Source: Candidatus Taylorbacteria bacterium RIFCSPHIGHO2_12_FULL_45_16
Lineage (GTDB): Bacteria; Patescibacteriota; Minisyncoccia; Phycocordibacterales; PALSA-1337
Reading direction: 5' to 3'
Assembly: GCA_001821055.1 (NCBI GenBank)
Contig: MHRT01000001.1
Coordinates: forward strand, 27,868 to 91,867
DNA length: 64,000 bases
Every line of letters begins with the position of its first letter. Position 1 is the stretch's first letter. A program made the position numbers and the translations under genes. Of the stretch, positions 59,005 through 64,000 are shown piece after piece. The notes under the pieces are model-generated. The model saw only the letters and a list, made by a program, of their open reading frames with translations. It had not been told where the DNA came from and made no database searches.

Positions 59005-59289
59005 TGAATGACGACAACCTTTGACGCAAGGGATTGGCGTGGGGAAGACACTCATTTCCCACGTCATTTTTTATTCTTATACGATTTATGACATACAATA
59101 CGGGTTGTTTTCAACTACTTCCTCCATAATGTGTTATAATTGTAACATCAGTTCCTTCTCTTCAAAGTTACGTAACGCTTCTCCAGTAGGTCATCTCAAA
59201 GATTTTTCCGGTTTATGCAGGAACATCGTTTTTGACTTCTTTTTATCTCACTATCATCATTATGGATACAATTCAAAACAAATTAAAAT

Positions 59290-60243
59290 ATGTTCAACAT
59301 GAAATCATCTTATAAAAATATATGCACGTACATATTCATTATTATAGTCGGAATGTTTTTTCTGCCTGCGAACGGATTTACCCAAAGTATCGCCCTGGAT
59401 ACTGACTTGGGACAAGATGTCGTAGCATCAAGCTCTTTACCTAAGAGCGACCCTGGTTTGGAGATACTTCAAGATGTTGTTAATTTGATTTCGAACATTT
59501 TTCCTTCTTCTGATCCTTCCACTGAGCTTGATCAGGATGTTATCACTGGGACTTCAACTTCGAGTACTTCCACGCCGCCGACTTCAACCTCTACGCCACC
59601 TTCTGATCCATCAACTGATGATGATCAGGATAGCCCTGCTGATGTCGAAGAAAGTGTTCCAGGACCTCTTCCTTCTTCTGATCCTTCCACTGAGCTTGAT
59701 CAGGATGTTATCACTGGAACTTCAACTTCGAGTACTTCCACGCCGCCGACCTCCACATCGACACCGCCCTCTGATCCTTCAGGAGATGGTGACCAAGATG
59801 GTACACTTCCAGATCAACCTGAATCTGAGACCGTAATAACCCAGGACAACAATAGCGGGGGAGTTTCGAGTGGCTCGAGTGGTTCACGTGGTAGTGTCGT
59901 TTTCAATGGAGGATTGGTCAATCAGAATCTCGGGTCAGTTCAAAATGTTCCTATTCAGTCTATTGTCGTGACGGGAAATGCTCCACAAAATGTGCCCTTG
60001 CTAGGAGAAGAAGTTGGCTCATCTGATCTAGCCGCCGTTGGCGAAGCCCCTCCACTTTTTGACGTGAGCTCACAGCCGGTTCTGGCAGAACAACAGAACC
60101 TTCTGCCGTGGATTGTTTTTTTACTCATTCTGTTTGGTCTTATGATAGTACTGATCCGGTATCTTGTACGACGGAAGAGGGCAGAGGCGGAAGCAGTCTC
60201 AATCGCCGAGAGAAGCCTGAATGGAGTTAAAAAGAAACCATAA
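59290..60243 (+). CDS. Secreted Ser/Thr/Pro-rich repeat protein with a C-terminal membrane anchor
   Basis: The product has a signal peptide and two near-identical ~56-aa repeats (SSDPSTELDQDVITGTSTSSTSTPPTSTSTPPSDPS). It ends with a C-terminal TM and RRKR. Confidence 0.55.
   Translation: MFNMKSSYKNICTYIFIIIVGMFFLPANGFTQSIALDTDLGQDVVASSSLPKSDPGLEILQDVVNLISNIFPSSDPSTELDQDVITGTSTSSTSTPPTSTSTPPSDPSTDDDQDSPADVEESVPGPLPSSDPSTELDQDVITGTSTSSTSTPPTSTSTPPSDPSGDGDQDGTLPDQPESETVITQDNNSGGVSSGSSGSRGSVVFNGGLVNQNLGSVQNVPIQSIVVTGNAPQNVPLLGEEVGSSDLAAVGEAPPLFDVSSQPVLAEQQNLLPWIVFLLILFGLMIVLIRYLVRRKRAEAEAVSIAERSLNGVKKKP
59503..59780. repeat. Two ~110-nt near-identical direct repeats 168 nt apart within the 59290..60243 CDS
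   Basis: The copies are at 59503-59612 and 59671-59780, with about 95% identity. Confidence 0.8.
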
Positions 60244-61180
60244 ACAGGAACTGGACGTATTATATTATTGTATGAAAATTTTCCACACAGTTGCATTCAT
60301 AGGTTGTTTCATCTTATTATCGGGGATATTTTCCGGGCAACTTGTCGTCAGCGCGCAAACGGAATCTGGACAAAAAAATATTTTTCCGGCGGTTCCTCCA
60401 GAAGCATTGGCTCCTCTCGGGACATTGTTGGCAGAATCCTCACTTTTTGATGTAAATTCGGAATCTGCCGGGGTCCGTGCCGACACCAATAATGCTGGAT
60501 TGATAACGCGAGTTGCTCCCGGGGAACTTCTGCCGGTCTCAGTCAAGCTATCAAATTTTGGTGGAGGTACACGAGTTGATGTATTACTAAGATATGGAAT
60601 TTTTTCCGATGAAGAGAAGGAGATCTATGTAGCTACGGAGACGGTAGCAGTCGAAACGACGGCAAGTTTTGTCAAGAACTTGCAAATACCCATCGATACA
60701 GCTCCGGGAACATATGTTGCCAAGACATCAATCATATATCAAGGACAGCTAGTTCCCGCGGCAACGCAGTTCTCTTTTGAGGTGGAACGAAAGATATTTG
60801 GTATCTTCCAAAGTGATTTCTGGAAATATGGAATCGTCATTCTGGTTATAGTCGTGGTTCTGTGGTGGTTGAGTCGAACTATATCCAGACATCGTCGAAC
60901 ATTGCGTACGACACCTTTTGATTATTCAAATGTTCCGCACGCCACGCGCACGTTCTACGAGATTATCAGTGACACTATTATGCAGATGCGCGACCGCGTC
61001 GGCGATAGTGCTCTCATTATTGCCTCAAATATAGATGGATTGAAGATTGAGAATGAAACAGGCAAGGTACTCTCGGTGACCGGCCGTCCCGGAAAAATCG
61101 TTGCTGATTTGGTCTCGGAATACGAGAAATTGCTCGGTAAAAAAGTAAGCTTCTCCTTTCGAAAAGAGAAGACTGATTAA
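60221..61180 (+). CDS. Secreted or membrane hypothetical protein
   Basis: The product has an N-terminal hydrophobic segment and a C-terminal TM (YGIVILVIVVVLWWL). The start may be an internal Met near 60272. Confidence 0.45.
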   Translation: MELKRNHKQELDVLYYCMKIFHTVAFIGCFILLSGIFSGQLVVSAQTESGQKNIFPAVPPEALAPLGTLLAESSLFDVNSESAGVRADTNNAGLITRVAPGELLPVSVKLSNFGGGTRVDVLLRYGIFSDEEKEIYVATETVAVETTASFVKNLQIPIDTAPGTYVAKTSIIYQGQLVPAATQFSFEVERKIFGIFQSDFWKYGIVILVIVVVLWWLSRTISRHRRTLRTTPFDYSNVPHATRTFYEIISDTIMQMRDRVGDSALIIASNIDGLKIENETGKVLSVTGRPGKIVADLVSEYEKLLGKKVSFSFRKEKTD

Positions 61181-61201
61181 TAAGACATTATTATAATTCA
61201 T

Positions 61202-61597
61202 ATGAATACACAAAAAACAGTACTGATCGTAGAAGATGAAAAGAGCCTCCGTGAGGCTATAGTAGATATTCTTCATCTTCACAATTATCGCACTCTCGAA
61301 GCCAAAAACGGCAAAGAGGGGGTGGAGATCGCTCTTAGAGAGCATCCGGATATGATCCTGCTCGATCTGATCATGCCCGAAATGGACGGCATGGCCGTAC
61401 TCAAGAAAATCCGCGAGGATACTTGGGGTGCTCACGTTTTTGTCATCATACTCACCAACGTTAGCGCCACGAATGAACAGTTGGTTAACGACATGGTGAC
61501 TCACAAGCCACTCAACTATCTCATCAAGTCGGACTGGAAACTCCATGACGTGGTTGAGAAAATGGAACAAATATTTAAAGCACAAAACACCACATGA
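61202..61597 (+). CDS. Single-domain response regulator (CheY-like receiver)
   Basis: The product reads LIVEDE...LLDLIMPEMDG...K, a REC domain, and is 131 aa. Confidence 0.8.
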   Translation: MNTQKTVLIVEDEKSLREAIVDILHLHNYRTLEAKNGKEGVEIALREHPDMILLDLIMPEMDGMAVLKKIREDTWGAHVFVIILTNVSATNEQLVNDMVTHKPLNYLIKSDWKLHDVVEKMEQIFKAQNTT

Positions 61598-62283
61598 TGG
61601 GCAATCGCCACTCTGCCAAAGTCGGGAGGTGGCACATTAATCAAGATAATAATACGTATATGAAAAAGAATTTAATAAAAAAACAGAAAATAATTGATCC
61701 CAAAAAACTCGCCGAAGAGTATATGTCGACCCTGATTGACATTGTTGAAGTTGCCCGAGAATCATTTCTGATTCTCGACTCAAAACTCCGTGTAATCATA
61801 GCTAATCCGACGTTCTATAAAGTATTTCGAGTTGTCAAAAAAGAAACAGTGCACAAATTCGTGTACCAACTCGGGAACGGTCAGTGGAATATTCCGGTGC
61901 TCAAAAGTCTGCTGGAAGATATCTTGCCCAAGAAAAAAGTGGTAAAAAATTTCGAAGTGACCCATCGATTTGAAACCATCGGTGAAAAGTCCATGCTTCT
62001 CAACGCGCGCCAGATAGACTCGGTTCAGCTCATCATTTTGGCTATAGAAGATATAACCCGTCGCAAGGAACTGGAAATGGAGTTATTTAATCAAAACAAA
62101 AGACTTGAAATTACAATAACTGATCGTACTGTAGAGCTGACCAATCGGATCAAAGATCTGGAAGTGTTGAACAGAAGCATGGTTGGTCGCGAGCTCCGCA
62201 TGGTCGAACTCAAAAAAGAACTCGAAATAGCTAGAAGACAACACAGGAATGGTAACGGTAACAAGCGACACAAAAATGGCTAA
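61594..62283 (+). CDS. PAS-domain protein with a C-terminal coiled coil
   Basis: The product has a PAS-like fold signature (FLILDSKLRVIIANPTFYKVF) followed by a coiled coil. The start may be the ATG near 61660. Confidence 0.55.
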   Translation: MMGNRHSAKVGRWHINQDNNTYMKKNLIKKQKIIDPKKLAEEYMSTLIDIVEVARESFLILDSKLRVIIANPTFYKVFRVVKKETVHKFVYQLGNGQWNIPVLKSLLEDILPKKKVVKNFEVTHRFETIGEKSMLLNARQIDSVQLIILAIEDITRRKELEMELFNQNKRLEITITDRTVELTNRIKDLEVLNRSMVGRELRMVELKKELEIARRQHRNGNGNKRHKNG

Positions 62284-63847
62284 AAAATTGTCGGTCATGG
62301 ATGATAAGGTTTTGTATCATTTGCTTTTTGATAATATGGTGGATGGTTTGGCCTATTGCAAGATGTTTTTTGACGCAGAAGGGCGACCGGTTGATTTTGT
62401 ATACCTGAAGATAAACAAAAATTTTGAAAAATTAACCGGGCTAAAAAAAGCCACAGGCAAAAAAGCCACCGAGATCATTTCTGGCATCAAACTATCCAAT
62501 CCAGAACTTTTTGAGATTTATGGTAGAGTATCTCTGACGGGAAAATCTGAAAGATTTGAAATATACATCAAACCGCTTATGCGGTGGTTTTCTATTTCAG
62601 TCTTCAGTCCTAGAAGAAAATTTTTCGCGGCAGTCTTTCAAAACATCACGGATCGTAAGGAAGTAGAAAAAAATTTGATGAATGCCAAGATTGCGGCTCA
62701 AAATGTGCTAGAAGATTTGAGCATCGAAAAAGCAAAATTGGAGATGGCGCAGGCCAAGGAAGAGGCTATTTTGCTGTCAATCGGTGATGGACTCGTGGCT
62801 ACCGATGAACATGGGTATGTTATCCTTTTCAACAAAACAGCTGAAAAACTTCTAGGCATAAAAAATAAGGACGCCATGGGGACAATTTTTTCCCAAATTC
62901 TTCGCATAGAGAATGAAAAGGGCGTTGTTATGGAGGTCGACAAACATCCTGTATCAATGGCCCTCTCGCGTAATGTTTCCACTCATATTCCAATTGTCTC
63001 CGACTCATATTATATGTCGAAAAATGTGGGTAGATTCCCTGTGGCGATCATGGCTACGCCAGTCGTTCTTGACGGCAAAGTTATTGGAACCATAGAAGTT
63101 TTCCGGGATATCACGCGGGAAAAGGAGATAGATCGGGCTAAAAGCGAATTTGTCTCTCTGGCATCACATCAGTTGCGTACGCCACTTACCGCAATCAGCT
63201 GGTATACGGAAATGATCTTACGAGGGGATGTTGGCACGGTTGTCCCTACCCAGAGGAAATATTTGGAAGAAATATATAAAGGAAATCAGCGGATGATTGA
63301 TCTCGTCAATACTCTCTTGGATGTTTCGCGTATTGAGCTAGGTACTTTCAATTCTGATCCGAAGCCTATTGATATCTTTGCTCTTGCGAGTAGCGTGCTG
63401 AATGAACAAAAACAGCGGATTAAACAGAAAAAACTAACACTGATTCCTACTTTTGCCTCGAATATTTCCACATTTTTGACAGATCCGAAACTACTCCGCA
63501 TTGTATTCCAAAATCTGTTGAGCAATGCGATAGAGTATACGCCTTCGGGAGGCACTGTCGGTTTTACAATTTCGTCTGATACCAAGGATACCATAGATGT
63601 GCAGGTTTCCGACACGGGCTACGGCATACCAAAAGATCAGCAAAATAAAATATTCACGAAATTTTTTCGGGCCGATAACGTAAGAAACAAGGATACCGGT
63701 GGAACCGGTCTTGGTTTGTACATTGTAAAATCGATTGTCGAAAATTTCGGCGGGAAAATATGGTTTGAGTCCGAAGAAAATAAAGGCACCTTATTCCATG
63801 CCCATCTCCCGGCGACTGTTTTGGAAAAGAAACTAGTTGCCGTTTAG
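62249..63847 (+). CDS. PAS-domain sensor histidine kinase
   Basis: The product has two PAS-like regions, an H-box HQLRTPLTAI, and G-boxes DTGYGIP and GGTGLGLYIVK. Confidence 0.85.
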   Translation: MVTVTSDTKMAKKLSVMDDKVLYHLLFDNMVDGLAYCKMFFDAEGRPVDFVYLKINKNFEKLTGLKKATGKKATEIISGIKLSNPELFEIYGRVSLTGKSERFEIYIKPLMRWFSISVFSPRRKFFAAVFQNITDRKEVEKNLMNAKIAAQNVLEDLSIEKAKLEMAQAKEEAILLSIGDGLVATDEHGYVILFNKTAEKLLGIKNKDAMGTIFSQILRIENEKGVVMEVDKHPVSMALSRNVSTHIPIVSDSYYMSKNVGRFPVAIMATPVVLDGKVIGTIEVFRDITREKEIDRAKSEFVSLASHQLRTPLTAISWYTEMILRGDVGTVVPTQRKYLEEIYKGNQRMIDLVNTLLDVSRIELGTFNSDPKPIDIFALASSVLNEQKQRIKQKKLTLIPTFASNISTFLTDPKLLRIVFQNLLSNAIEYTPSGGTVGFTISSDTKDTIDVQVSDTGYGIPKDQQNKIFTKFFRADNVRNKDTGGTGLGLYIVKSIVENFGGKIWFESEENKGTLFHAHLPATVLEKKLVAV

Positions 63848-63889
63848 TCACGTTCGCGTGCCCCATTTACGTTAACAGTATATATTTAT

Positions 63890-64000
63890 ATGATTACTAA
63901 ATCTCCCTCATTCAAAAAAATAGCCATCGAAGTCATAGAAGATGATTTGTCCCTCCGGGCCGTGCTTCGCGATAAATTCGTTCTTGAGGGCTGGAATGTT
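63890..64000 (+). CDS. Response regulator (partial, continues beyond the window)
   Basis: The product begins with a receiver-domain-like KIAIEVIEDDLSLRAVL. Confidence 0.5.
   Translation, partial: MITKSPSFKKIAIEVIEDDLSLRAVLRDKFVLEGWNV

Noticed and set aside
1-64000. Alternative genetic code (for example UGA=Gly in some CPR lineages)
   Set aside because: Conserved genes (dnaA, pnp, uvrD, hppA, rny) are intact under the standard code, with TGA, TAA and TAG all used as terminators. The in-frame stops seen (VirB4 junction TGA plus TAG, DinD TAA) are of mixed type and do not fit a single reassignment.
1-64000. CRISPR arrays, cas genes, reverse transcriptases, rRNA genes
   Set aside because: I found no regularly spaced direct repeats and no RT, Cas, TnpB or IscB-like ORFs. 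The only tandem repeats are the short 8-9-mers noted. No rRNA-like sequence is present.

Overview
This 64-kb window looks like the chromosomal origin region of a small-genome, uncultivated-type bacterium (roughly 40% GC, standard genetic code). I cannot assign taxonomy: RNase Y, a short YidC and a VirB4/PrgI-type cluster fit a reduced monoderm-like or CPR-like lineage, whereas a PEP-CTERM protein and a beta-barrel-like secreted protein argue for a diderm envelope.

On the minus strand sit dnaA and dnaN, with DnaA boxes in the AT-rich leader. They are divergent from rpmH-rnpA-yidC. The next ~13 kb (4.8-17.7 kb) is one minus-strand block of secreted and membrane proteins plus a VirB4-like ATPase, a PrgI/VirB3-like protein, a TrbC/VirB2-like pilin candidate and a polytopic membrane protein, which reads as a conjugation or T4SS-like envelope machine. 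The VirB4 gene is cut in two by a 72-nt element made of three hairpins.

Housekeeping genes follow: rsmA, uvrD, a LysM-M23 peptidase, comM/yifB, dksA-like, pnp, rpsO, xerC-like, xth, cca, hup, rny, clpP, rsmE, tig, hppA, nusA and a PAS/two-component set. Between them are small accessory insertions:
- A DinD/Bro-N gene with an in-frame TAA and an NYN nuclease, inserted between pnp and rpsO.
- A tRNA block (Arg, Gly, Pro, Gly) with a YraN-like nuclease, a membrane coiled-coil protein and an HTH/LAGLIDADG-like protein wedged between the tRNAs.
- An AbiEi/AbiEii pair.
- A truncated serpin.
- A HigBA pair with an SLT transglycosylase and a Gly/His-rich 38-aa peptide gene.

The most unusual sequence-level features are:
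- A 17-nt palindrome, CCGAGGT(TCC/GGA)ACCTCGG, present five times exactly and always inside coding sequence, plus one degenerate copy at the pnp start.
- rsmE split by a -1 frameshift at an A8 tract.
- A ~590-bp ORF-free, hairpin-dense region between xth and cca.
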